A DNA stretch of 40,242 bases, taken from Guillardia theta CCMP2712. Its lineage: Eukaryota; Protista; Cryptophyta. This document shows, piece by piece, positions 8,923 to 17,859 of this stretch. The position numbers and the translations under genes were made by a program. The stretch lies in assembly GCF_000315625.1 (NCBI RefSeq), contig NW_005434670.1:1-40242 (forward strand), in the 5' to 3' direction. Below the pieces are notes generated by a model. It did not search any database and was not told the origin of the DNA. It was given only the letters and a program-made list of their open reading frames with translations. Numbering within the stretch: the first letter of the stretch is position 1; every line of letters begins with the position of its first letter.

Positions 8923-10203
8923 TAATTCCAACATGGCTCGCTTGACTCGCGTGGTCGATGTGTTACCTCCTCCGCACAGTGCTTCCATCTCCTTCCTCGA
9001 GAAGCGGCCTGTGCTCATGCTTGACTTCGACTTGATCTGCACCCTGAAACTGCCGCTTGGAGCCTGCTCCCTGTCGCGAAGTACCATCCTCTGCTTGGCA
9101 ATCTTTCCTCTCGGCACGAAGGTGTCTGCTGTGAGCTCGACTGCAAACGTCTCTCTGAGCTTGGCGTCGTCGCTGACGAGAGTCAGGTGCACCCCCTCCA
9201 TCGCCTCGCTCTCTCTGAACGAGGCCAAGGTCTGCTCGCAGCTGGCCGTCGATGGGCAGGATAGTACCCACTCGAGCTCTCTCTGCTGCAGAGCTCCGGT
9301 GCTTGCTCCAACAGCAACATACGTCTTCGGGCTCGGCCCCTTGCGACCTCTCTGCCCAGCACCCTGCACGAGCATGCCCGCCAGCGGTTGTACCTCTGCT
9401 GCGGCGAGACATTGCGAGATCAGTTGGAATTGATAGATCCGAGCTATGTCCGCCGTCGACATTCCTCCAAGAGCTAGGAGCTGCGATAGCTCGGCAAGGC
9501 TCCCTCCCTTGCCCCAAGGTCCTCGCTTGGCTCGGAGCTTGAACGACCGGTCGTGTGCAATGCTGACTTCAGTTGCTCTGAAAATTCGCCCGTCGATGCT
9601 GTACTCTCTGCTGCCTTGCCAGAGTGCGATGGCTTCTTCATTCCGAAGGAAGGAGATGGTGACTGAGATGTCGTCTGCTCGTGCTATCTCAGGTCTGTAA
9701 GGTGCTTTCCACATGATGGACTTGTCGTCTCTATCGACTGAGTCTACTATGAGTCCCAGCTCCGTCAACTTCATTTTCAATTTGTCTTCTTGTCGCACAT
9801 ACATCGAGGAGATGCCCAGGAGAGTCATGGAGATGAAGGAGGTCTCCTCGGTGTCTTCGGTGCCGATGTAAGTCTCGACATTCTGCTGTTTGGCCTCTTT
9901 CATCTGTTGCATGAACCATGCTTTCGACTCTGGGCTCCATGCGCTCAGAGAGTCTTCAAACAGGTCGCGTCTCGCCTGCCGACATGTCGAGCGGATGGCT
10001 TCTGCGATAGCGTCGGGAGTGCATCCCCCCTCAGCTCTGCAAGCATGAGCTGTCCGACTATTCGGATAACGCTTGGTGAAGCTCTTCACTCTCTCGACGA
10101 GGTCGGCCTCCTCGACGTGGCCTCCAGAGCGCTCACCCTGCGTGTATTGGCATGATCTCCGATACAGCAGGTTGCGAACGCTCTCATCATACTGTAGTAC
10201 CAT
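8923..10203 (-). pseudogene. Truncated ORF1 of family C
   Basis: MVLQYDESVRNLLYRRSCQY... is collinear with family B ORF1 up to RVKRAMLEL; the track's last residues come from the family A repeats. Confidence 0.85.
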
Positions 10204-10291
10204 GCTTAGAAAGCTGTTTGAACTATACGAACCTCTTGCTCGCAGCTTCCTCCGGTGCCCTTGCGCTCTCCCTACGCGCCACAGAGCAGCA

Positions 10292-10653
10292 TGCCTCTGT
10301 CAACGGGCCCGGTGCCTCTGTCAACGGGCCCGGTGCCTCTGTCAACGGGCCCGGTGCCTCTGTCAACGGGCCCGGTGCCTCTGTCAACGGGCCCGGTGCC
10401 TCTGTCAACGGGCCCGGTGCCTCTGTCAACGGGCCCGGTCTGCCTCTGTCAACGGGCCCGGTGCCTCTGTCAACGGGCCCGGTGCCTCTGTCAACGGGCC
10501 CGGTGCCTCTGTCAACGGGCCCGGTGCCTCTGTCAACGGGCCCGGTGCCTCTGTCAACGGGCCCGGTGCCTCTGTCAACGGGCCCGGTGCCTCTGTCAAC
10601 GGGCCCGGTCCTGCCTCTGTCAACGGGCCCGGTGCCTCTGTCAACGGGCCCGG
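10292..10653. repeat. 5'-terminal 21-bp tandem array of family C (TGCCTCTGTCAACGGGCCCGG)x17
   Basis: Runs of 7, 8 and 2 perfect units separated by extra TC (10439-10440) and TCC (10609-10611). Confidence 0.95.
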
Positions 10654-10654
10654 T

Positions 10655-10752
10655 GCTATTTGAAGTATACAAACCTCTCGCTTGCAGCTTCCTTGGCGCC
10701 CTGGCAGCTTCCCCTACACCACGCGTGCAGCCATGGTGCCTGAAATAACCGG
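10655..10752 (-). mobile_element. 5' stub (leader only) of a family B element
   Basis: Matches 13385-13482; has a single partial 19-bp unit, then telomeric repeats. Confidence 0.88.
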
Positions 10753-10811
10753 CCCTAAACCCTAAACCCTAAACCCTAAACCCTAAACCCTAAACCCTAA
10801 ACCCTAAACCC
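10753..10811 (+). repeat. Interstitial telomeric repeat (CCCTAAA)8CCC
   Basis: Read directly. Confidence 0.95.
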
Positions 10812-10988
10812 TATTATTATTATTATGTGAGTTTATTAGAATGCTAGAATGTTGCTCGGCCTCGTTGTGGGCTTGTGCAATTGGATCCTAGTCTAAAGAG
10901 GCGCTCGAGCACTGGGAGTACACGGCCTACAATGCGAACCCTGCTTCTGAGGCGTCTTTCTACTCTCTACTTCTGCTGTCTTCTCTTG

Positions 10989-11202
10989 GCTTCCTCAGCC
11001 TCAGTCAGGAGAGTTGCCTCTCCTCACCTTGGCCTTCGGTCACCACCTACTCTACCTCCATTCAGCTTCCTCAGCCTCAGTCAGGAGAGTTGCCTCTCCT
11101 CACCTTGGCCTTCGGTCGCCACCTACTCGTCCTCCATTCAGCTTCCTCAGCTTCAGTCAGGAGAGTTGCCTCTCCTCACCTTGGCCTTCGGTCGCCTCCT
11201 AC
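10989..11202. repeat. 76-bp tandem repeat (~2.8 copies) in the family B 3' UTR
   Basis: Units start at 10989, 11065 and 11141; each contains the hairpin AGGAGAG-GCAA-CTCTCCT on the sense strand. Confidence 0.88.
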
Positions 11203-11227
11203 CTTCTCTCCTTACCTTGGGCTCAGC

Positions 11228-13375
11228 TCAAGCTCGGTACGGGCTCGCCCCATCTTCTTCCTCGCCCTCGCCTTGCTCTTCCTCCATGTCTTCCTCTTCT
11301 TCGCCATCTTCCCTCATCTCCACTCGCAGTCGGTCCTTCTTGTCCACCTTCAGCGAGCAGGCCAGCACATGCATCTCTGCGAATTTACTCAGTGCTATGA
11401 ACAGGAGGCTAAGAGATCGACGCTCTATGTCGTCGCTCTCCGCCTCCTGCTCAAGCTCAGCAGCTGCCGTTGCCCGTGGCGAGAACGCGCTGCCCCTCCT
11501 TGCCTTCTTGCTCTCTCCTTGCACGCGAGTCCAGCGCTTGCTCTGCAGCCACTTCCCCAGCTTCTCCTTGAGCGCGTTGCGTCCCACTCCCTGCTCCTCT
11601 GGCATCTTCGCCCACTCTCCCAGCGACATGAACTCCAGGCTCCCCGGAGAGTAGAACGTGTCGTGGAGGTTGCCAACGGCCTTGTCCAGGACCAGCTTGA
11701 TCGGCTCGCTCGTCCCCGCCTCGTTCAAAGAAGCTGCATCTTCGATGACTGCTGACAGCTCGCTGACGAGCTGCATGTCCTCTTGGCTTGACGGAGATGC
11801 TGCCTCCATTGTGATCCTCTCCAGGTCTGTAAACTCCAGCCACTCTCCCTCGCTCTCCTCCTGTCGCTGCGCTGCGTCGCTGGTGCCCCGCTGACCAGCC
11901 GCCTCAGAGTCAGGCTCCTTGTCGAAGCCGACTGCTTCGAGCTTGGTTGCTGCGCCTTCGAGATAGAAGGGCAGCTCCTTCATCATGCGTCGAGCATCCT
12001 CCGTGGAGCCGAGGAGGATGCATAGCTTGGACCCGTTCCAGGACTTGGTGTTCAAATCCTCCTCCATGTCGATGCCTTCAACGTTGATCTCGAGCCTGTT
12101 AGCGATCTCCAACAAGACTCTCTTGACTCTTGCGATAGACGTGTTGCCGCCGTTGCACAGCCCCTCCATCTCCTTCCTCGTGAAGCGACCAGATGCCGCC
12201 GTCGACTTGATGATGATCTTGATCTCCTTGCCGTCCTTGCCGCCTGCCTTCTTCTGCATCCTTGATGCCTTCTTCAACTTATTTCTGGACACAAAGCGAT
12301 CAGCTGTCAACTCGACTGCGAGCGCCTCTCTGATCTTCGGGTCCTCGCTGAACAGAGTCAGGTGTACTCCCTCCATCGCTTCGCTCTCTCGGAAAGCTCG
12401 AAATGCTGTATCGTTCGCCTCTGGGCAGCTCGAGGAGACGATCCACTCCACCTCCCTCTGTCTCCAGATGACGTTGGCCCCTACAGCGACGAAGCCTTTC
12501 TGACCTAAGCCTTTGTGGACTTGCTGGCCTGGCGCCCCAGCGACCAGCATGCCTGCCAGCGGCTGGAGTTGGACCGCTGCAAGGGACTGGCGCAGCAGCT
12601 GATAGCGATAGACGGCAGCTATCTCAGCCGTTGTCATGCCGCCCAAGGTTAGCAGGTGAGTCAGCTCTGCCAAGCTGCCCCCTTTGCCCCAGGGTCCTCT
12701 CTTGGCTCGAATCTTGAAAGATCTATCGTGCACGATGCTCACATGTACAGCTGTGAACTTGCGACCATCGATCGCGAAGTCCTCTCTTCCCTGCCAGAGC
12801 TTCTCCGCTTGTGCATTGCGGAGGAAGGAAACAGTCACCGGGATCTCCTCAGCACTCGCTATCTCGGGTCTATACGGAGCCTTCCACATGATTGCTTTAC
12901 TCTCTTGCACTGAGTCTACGATCAGTCCGATCTCTTCAAATTTCTTCTTCAGCTTTTCTTCATGGTTGACATACACCGAGGAGATGCCCAGGAGAGTCAT
13001 GGAGATGAAGGAAGTCACCTCGTTGCCTGCTGAGGCGGTGTATGTCTCGACCTTCTCCTTCTTGGCTTCTTCAATCTGCTGCATAAACCACTCTCTGGAT
13101 GCGTCACTCCATCCAGTCATCGCTTCTTGCAGAAGCTCACGTCGTGCCTGCTGACATGTCGAGCGGATGGCTTCTGCGATAGCGTCGGGGGTGCATCCCT
13201 CCACAGCCTTGCAAGCCTGGGCTGTCCTGCTGTTCGGATAACGCTTCGCGAAGCTCTTCACCCTCTCGACGAGATCAGCTTCGAGGACAGAGGCATCCAC
13301 AAGTCCGCTCTGCGTGTATTGGCATGATCTCCGATACAGCAGGTTGCGAACATTTTCATCATACTGAAGAACCAT
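11228..13375 (-). CDS. ORF1 of family B copy 1 (715 aa)
   Basis: Intact ORF; ATG chosen by alignment with the family C start (MVLQYD). Confidence 0.85.
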   Translation of the reverse strand: MVLQYDENVRNLLYRRSCQYTQSGLVDASVLEADLVERVKSFAKRYPNSRTAQACKAVEGCTPDAIAEAIRSTCQQARRELLQEAMTGWSDASREWFMQQIEEAKKEKVETYTASAGNEVTSFISMTLLGISSVYVNHEEKLKKKFEEIGLIVDSVQESKAIMWKAPYRPEIASAEEIPVTVSFLRNAQAEKLWQGREDFAIDGRKFTAVHVSIVHDRSFKIRAKRGPWGKGGSLAELTHLLTLGGMTTAEIAAVYRYQLLRQSLAAVQLQPLAGMLVAGAPGQQVHKGLGQKGFVAVGANVIWRQREVEWIVSSSCPEANDTAFRAFRESEAMEGVHLTLFSEDPKIREALAVELTADRFVSRNKLKKASRMQKKAGGKDGKEIKIIIKSTAASGRFTRKEMEGLCNGGNTSIARVKRVLLEIANRLEINVEGIDMEEDLNTKSWNGSKLCILLGSTEDARRMMKELPFYLEGAATKLEAVGFDKEPDSEAAGQRGTSDAAQRQEESEGEWLEFTDLERITMEAASPSSQEDMQLVSELSAVIEDAASLNEAGTSEPIKLVLDKAVGNLHDTFYSPGSLEFMSLGEWAKMPEEQGVGRNALKEKLGKWLQSKRWTRVQGESKKARRGSAFSPRATAAAELEQEAESDDIERRSLSLLFIALSKFAEMHVLACSLKVDKKDRLRVEMREDGEEEEDMEEEQGEGEEEDGASPYRA

Positions 13376-13466
13376 ACTTAGAAAGCTATTTGAAGTATAC
13401 AAACCTCTCGCTTGCAGCTTCCTTGGCGCCCTGGCAGCTTCCCCTACACCACGCGTGCAGCCATGG

Positions 13467-13559
13467 TGCCTGAAATAACCGGCGCTGCCTGAAATAACCG
13501 GCGCTGCCTGAAATAACCGGCGCTGCCTGAAATAACCGGCGCTGCCTGAAATAACCGGC
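13467..13559. repeat. 5'-terminal 19-bp array of family B (TGCCTGAAATAACCGGCGC), ~5 copies
   Basis: 4 full units and 1 partial unit. Confidence 0.93.
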
Positions 13560-13560
13560 A

Positions 13561-13613
13561 CCCTAAACCCTAAACCCTAAACCCTATTATCCTAAACCCT
13601 AAACCCTAAACCC
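13561..13613 (+). repeat. Interstitial telomeric repeat with an embedded TATTAT at 13585-13590
   Basis: (CCCTAAA)3CCC-TATTAT-CCTAAA(CCCTAAA)2CCC. Confidence 0.93.
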
Positions 13614-13793
13614 TATTATTATTATTATTATGTGAGTTTATTAGAATGCTAGAATGTTGCTCGGCCTCGTTGTGGGCTTGTGCAATTGGATCCTAGTCTA
13701 AAGAGGCGCTCGAGCACTGGGAGTACACGGCCTACAATGCGAACCCTGCTTCTGAGGCGTCTTTCTACTCTCTACTTCTGCTGTCTTCTCTTG

Positions 13794-14007
13794 GCTTCCT
13801 CAGCCTCAGTCAGGAGAGTTGCCTCTCCTCACCTTGGCCTTCGGTCACCACCTACTCTACCTCCATTCAGCTTCCTCAGCCTCAGTCAGGAGAGTTGCCT
13901 CTCCTCACCTTGGCCTTCGGTCGCCACCTACTCGTCCTCCATTCAGCTTCCTCAGCTTCAGTCAGGAGAGTTGCCTCTCCTCACCTTGGCCTTCGGTCGC
14001 CTCCTAC
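13794..14007. repeat. 76-bp tandem repeat in the 3' UTR of copy 2
   Basis: Same as 10989-11202. Confidence 0.85.
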
Positions 14008-14032
14008 CTTCTCTCCTTACCTTGGGCTCAGC

Positions 14033-16180
14033 TCAAGCTCGGTACGGGCTCGCCCCGTCTTCTTCCTCGCCCTCGCCTTGCTCTTCCTCCATGTCTTCCT
14101 CTTCTTCGCCATCTTCCCTCATCTCCACTCGCAGTCGGTCCTTCTTGTCCACCTTCAGCGAGCAGGCCAGCACATGCATCTCTGCGAATTTACTCAGTGC
14201 TATGAACAGGAGGCTAAGAGATCGACGCTCTATGTCGTCGCTCTCCGCCTCCTGCTCAAGCTCAGCAGCTGCCGTTGCCCGTGGCGAGAACGCGCTGCCC
14301 CTCCTTGCCTTCTTGCTCTCTCCTTGCACGCGAGTCCAGCGCTTGCTCTGCAGCCACTTCCCCAGCTTCTCCTTGAGCGGGTTGCGCCCAACTCCCTGCT
14401 CCTCTGGCATCTTCGCCCACTCTCCCAGCGACATGAACTCCAGGCTCCCCGGAGAGTAGAACGTGTCGTGGAGGTTGCCAACGGCCTTGTCCAGGACCAG
14501 CTTGATCGGCTCGCTCGTCCCTGCCTCGTTCAAAGAAGTTGCATCTTCGATGACTGCTGACAGCTCGCTGACGAGCTGCATGTCCTCTTGGCTTGACGGA
14601 GATGCTGCCTCCATTGTGATCCTCTCCAGGTCTGTAAACTCCAGCCACTCTCCCTCGCTCTCCTCCTGTCGCTGCGCTGCGTCGCTGGTGCCCCGCTGAC
14701 CAGCCGCCTCAGAGTCAGGCTCCTTGTCGAAGCCGACTGCTTCGAGCTTGGTTGCTGCGCCTTCGAGATAGAAGGGCAGCTCCTTCATCATGCGTCGAGC
14801 ATCCTCCGTGGAGCCGAGGAGGATGCATAGCTTGGACCCGTTCCAGGACTTGGTGTTCAAATCCTCCTCCATGTCGATGCCTTCAACGTTGATCTCGAGC
14901 CTGTTAGCGATCTCCAACAAGACTCTCTTGACTCTTGCGATAGACGTGTTGCCGCCGTTGCACAGCCCCTCCATCTTCTTCCTCGTGAAGCGACCAGATG
15001 CCGCCGTCGACTTGATGATGATCTTGATCTCCTTGCCGTCCTTGCCGCCTGCCTTCTTCTGCATCCTTGATGCCTTCTTCAACTTATTTCTGGACACAAA
15101 GCGATCAGCTGTCAACTCGACTGCGAGCGCCTCTCTGATCTTCGGGTCCTCGCTGAACAGAGTCAGGTGTACTCCCTCCATCGCTTCGCTCTCTCGGAAA
15201 GCTCGAAATGCTGTATCGTTCGCCTCTGGGCAGCTCGAGGAGACGATCCACTCCACCTCCCTCTGTCTCCAGATGACGTTGGCCCCTACAGCGATGAAGC
15301 CTTTCTGACCTAAGCCTTTGTGGACTTGCTGTCCTGGCGCCCCAGCGACCAGCATGCCTGCCAGCGGCTGGAGTTGGACCGCTGCAAGGGACTGGCGCAG
15401 CAGCTGATAGCGATAGACGGCAGCTATCTCAGCCGTTGTCATGCCGCCCAAGGTTAGCAGGTGAGTCAGCTCTGCCAAGCTGCCCCCTTTGCCCCAGGGT
15501 CCTCTCTTGGCTCGAATCTTGAAAGATCTATCGTGCACGATGCTCACATGTACAGCTGTGAACTTGCGACCATCGATCGCGAAGTCCTCTCTTCCCTGCC
15601 AGAGCTTCTCCGCTTGTGCATTGCGGAGGAAGGAAACAGTCACCGGGATCTCCTCAGCACTCGCTATCTCGGGTCTATACGGAGCCTTCCACATGATTGC
15701 TTTACTCTCTTGCACTGAGTCTACGATCAGTCCGATCTCTTCAAATTTCTTCTTCAGCTTTTCTTCATGGTTGACATACACCGAGGAGATGCCCAGGAGA
15801 GTCATGGAGATGAAGGAAGTCACCTCGTTGCCTGCTGAGGCGGTGTATGTCTCGACCTTCTCCTTCTTGGCTTCTTCAATCTGCTGCATAAACCACTCTC
15901 TGGATGCGTCACTCCATCCAGTCATCGCTTCTTGCAGAAGCTCACGTCGTGCCTGCTGACATGTCGAGCGGATGGCTTCTGCGATAGCGTCGGGGGTGCA
16001 TCCCTCCACAGCCTTGCAAGCCTGGGCTGTCCTGCTGTTAGGATAACGCTTCGCGAAGCTCTTCACCCTCTCGACCAGATCAGCTTCGAGGACAGAGGCA
16101 TCCACAAGTCCGCTCAACGTGTATTGGCATGATCTCCGATACAGCAGTTTGCGAACATTTTCATCATACTGAAGAACCAT
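14033..16180 (-). CDS. ORF1 of family B copy 2 (715 aa)
   Basis: Intact; six amino-acid differences from copy 1 found by eye. Confidence 0.85.
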   Translation of the reverse strand: MVLQYDENVRKLLYRRSCQYTLSGLVDASVLEADLVERVKSFAKRYPNSRTAQACKAVEGCTPDAIAEAIRSTCQQARRELLQEAMTGWSDASREWFMQQIEEAKKEKVETYTASAGNEVTSFISMTLLGISSVYVNHEEKLKKKFEEIGLIVDSVQESKAIMWKAPYRPEIASAEEIPVTVSFLRNAQAEKLWQGREDFAIDGRKFTAVHVSIVHDRSFKIRAKRGPWGKGGSLAELTHLLTLGGMTTAEIAAVYRYQLLRQSLAAVQLQPLAGMLVAGAPGQQVHKGLGQKGFIAVGANVIWRQREVEWIVSSSCPEANDTAFRAFRESEAMEGVHLTLFSEDPKIREALAVELTADRFVSRNKLKKASRMQKKAGGKDGKEIKIIIKSTAASGRFTRKKMEGLCNGGNTSIARVKRVLLEIANRLEINVEGIDMEEDLNTKSWNGSKLCILLGSTEDARRMMKELPFYLEGAATKLEAVGFDKEPDSEAAGQRGTSDAAQRQEESEGEWLEFTDLERITMEAASPSSQEDMQLVSELSAVIEDATSLNEAGTSEPIKLVLDKAVGNLHDTFYSPGSLEFMSLGEWAKMPEEQGVGRNPLKEKLGKWLQSKRWTRVQGESKKARRGSAFSPRATAAAELEQEAESDDIERRSLSLLFIALSKFAEMHVLACSLKVDKKDRLRVEMREDGEEEEDMEEEQGEGEEEDGASPYRA

Positions 16181-16271
16181 ACTTAGAAAGCTATTTGAAG
16201 TATACAAACCTCTCGCTTGCAGCTTCCTTGGCGCCCTGGCAGCTTCCCCTACACCACGCGTGCAGCCATGG

Positions 16272-16594
16272 TGCCTGAAATAACCGGCGCTGCCTGAAAT
16301 AACCGGCGCTGCCTGAAATAACCGGCGCTGCCTGAAATAACCGGCGCTGCCTGAAATAACCGGCGCTGCCTGAAATAACCGGCGCTGCCTGAAATAACCG
16401 GCGCTGCCTGAAATAACCGGCGCTGCCTGAAATAACCGGCGCTGCCTGAAATAACCGGCGCTGCCTGAAATAACCGGCGCTGCCTGAAATAACCGGCGCT
16501 GCCTGAAATAACCGGCGCTGCCTGAAATAACCGGCGCTGCCTGAAATAACCGGCGCTGCCTGAAATAACCGGCGCTGCCTGAAATAACCGGCGC
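16272..16594. repeat. 5'-terminal 19-bp array of family B, 17 perfect copies
   Basis: Direct count; too short a unit and no spacers, so not CRISPR. Confidence 0.95.
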
Positions 16595-16595
16595 T

Positions 16596-16667
16596 CCTAA
16601 ACCCTAAACCCTAAACCCTAAACCCTAATCCCTCAACCCTAAACCCTAATCCCTAAACCCTAAACCC
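16596..16667 (+). repeat. Interstitial telomeric tract with variant units (CCCTAAT, CCCTCAA) on the proximal side
   Basis: Read directly. Confidence 0.92.
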
Positions 16668-17470
16668 TGCATCTCCGATGACTGCTGACAGCTCGCTGAC
16701 GAGCTGCATGTCCTCTTGGCTTGACGGAGATGCTGCCTCCATTGTGATACCTTCCAGGTCTGTAAACTCCAGCCACTCTCCCTCGCTCTCCTCCTGTCGC
16801 TGCGCTGCGTCGCTGGTGCCCCGCTGACCAGCCGCCTCAGGCTCCTTGTCGAATGCATAGCTTGGACCCGTTCCAGGGCTTGGTGTTCAAATCCTCCTCC
16901 ATGTCGATGCCTTCAACGTTGATCTCGAGCCTGTTAGCGATCTCCAACAAGACTCTCTTGACTCTTGCGATGGACGTGTTGCCGCCGTTGCACAGCCCCT
17001 CCATCTCCTTCCTCGTGAAGCGACCAGATGCCGCCGTCGACTTGATGATGATCTTGATCTCCTTGCCGTCCTTGCCGCCTGCCTTCTTCTGCAGTCTTGA
17101 TGCCTCGCTGAACAGAGTCAGATGTACTCCCTCCATCGCTTCGCTCTCTCGGAAAGCTCGAAATGCTGCGTCGCTGGCCTCCGGACCGCTGGAAGCAGAC
17201 AGTGGCGCAGCAGCTGATAGCGGTACTACGGTAGACGTCAGCAATCTCTGCTGTCGTCATGCCGCCCAAGGTTAGCAGGTGAGTCAGCTCTGCCAAGCTG
17301 CCGCAGTGCCCCTTTTGCCCCAGGGTCCTCTCTTGGCTCGAATCTTGAAAGATCGATCGTGCACGATGCTCACATGTACAGCTGTGAACTTGCGACCCTC
17401 GATCGTGAAGTCCTCTCTTCCCTGCCAAAGCTTCTCCGCTTGTGCATTGCGGAGGAAGGAAACAGTCACC
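16668..17470 (-). pseudogene. Decayed internal fragment of family B ORF1 with multiple deletions and frameshifts
   Basis: Collinear blocks matching about 11735-12839 with gaps; no tail or leader. Confidence 0.88.
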
Positions 17471-17859
17471 GTGCCGGGATGTCATCAGCGGCACCCGGTA
17501 CGCCTATTTATCCGTCTAAAGGGGTTTCCAGCCTTGGGAGGTTGGCCCTTGGTTGTCCTATGAGCCCTTAGGCCCGGTTCACAGTCAGTTGTCCGTATTA
17601 GGTATTTTCAGTGTCGTTGTCCTCCGGGCCCTGCTCAAGTCCGAGCCCGGTGCTCCTTCCTGTTGTCGCTAATAAGTGTCGTAGCCTCCCCCCTTCCCTC
17701 CCCACATGTAGTCTGCCACTGTGGCAGGGCTAGACCTTCTCCTGGCATGGCTAGACCTTCTCTTCTTCCCTTCATCTTCTTCCCTTCTTCTCTTCTTCCC
17801 TTCGTGTGTCCTATTACTTCGAGCAGCGCCTGCGTCCTTGGTGCCAGGCTTGTTTTCCT

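Larger units (their letters stand above)
8923..10653 (-). mobile_element. 3'-truncated element of a third family (C): ORF1 N-terminal ~60%, leader and 21-bp array
   Basis: ORF1 paralogue broken at ...KRAMLEL, where the family A array begins; leader homologous to family B. Confidence 0.85.
10812..13559 (-). mobile_element. Complete ORF1-only non-autonomous retroelement, family B copy 1
   Basis: 19-bp array, leader, 715-aa ORF, ~400-nt 3' UTR, AATAAA and (TAA)n tail; flanked by telomeric repeats on both sides; no pol. Confidence 0.9.
13614..16594 (-). mobile_element. Complete ORF1-only non-autonomous retroelement, family B copy 2
   Basis: Same structure as copy 1 at an offset of 2805 bp; (TAT)6 tail; 17 terminal units. 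Confidence 0.9.

Noticed and set aside
10292-10653. 21-bp and 19-bp arrays as CRISPR or as repeat-protein genes (CLCQRAR, ASVNGPG ORFs)
   Set aside because: No spacers and a eukaryotic context; the ORFs are a by-product of a stop-free 21-bp unit
10989-11202. Hammerhead ribozyme in the 76-bp repeat (CTGAGGA present on the sense strand)
   Set aside because: No GAAA core partner and no compatible three-stem arrangement
10875-11755. Plus-strand ORFs of 128-259 aa (also 13680-14560, 21926-22720, and the mirror ORF 24103-24897 on the minus strand)
   Set aside because: Antisense shadows of GC-rich ORF1 or AOX coding sequence with no domain signal
13376-13561. N-terminal extension of the 777-aa ORF
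   Set aside because: Translates leader and 19-bp repeats from a GTG; family C and both B copies align from MVLQYD
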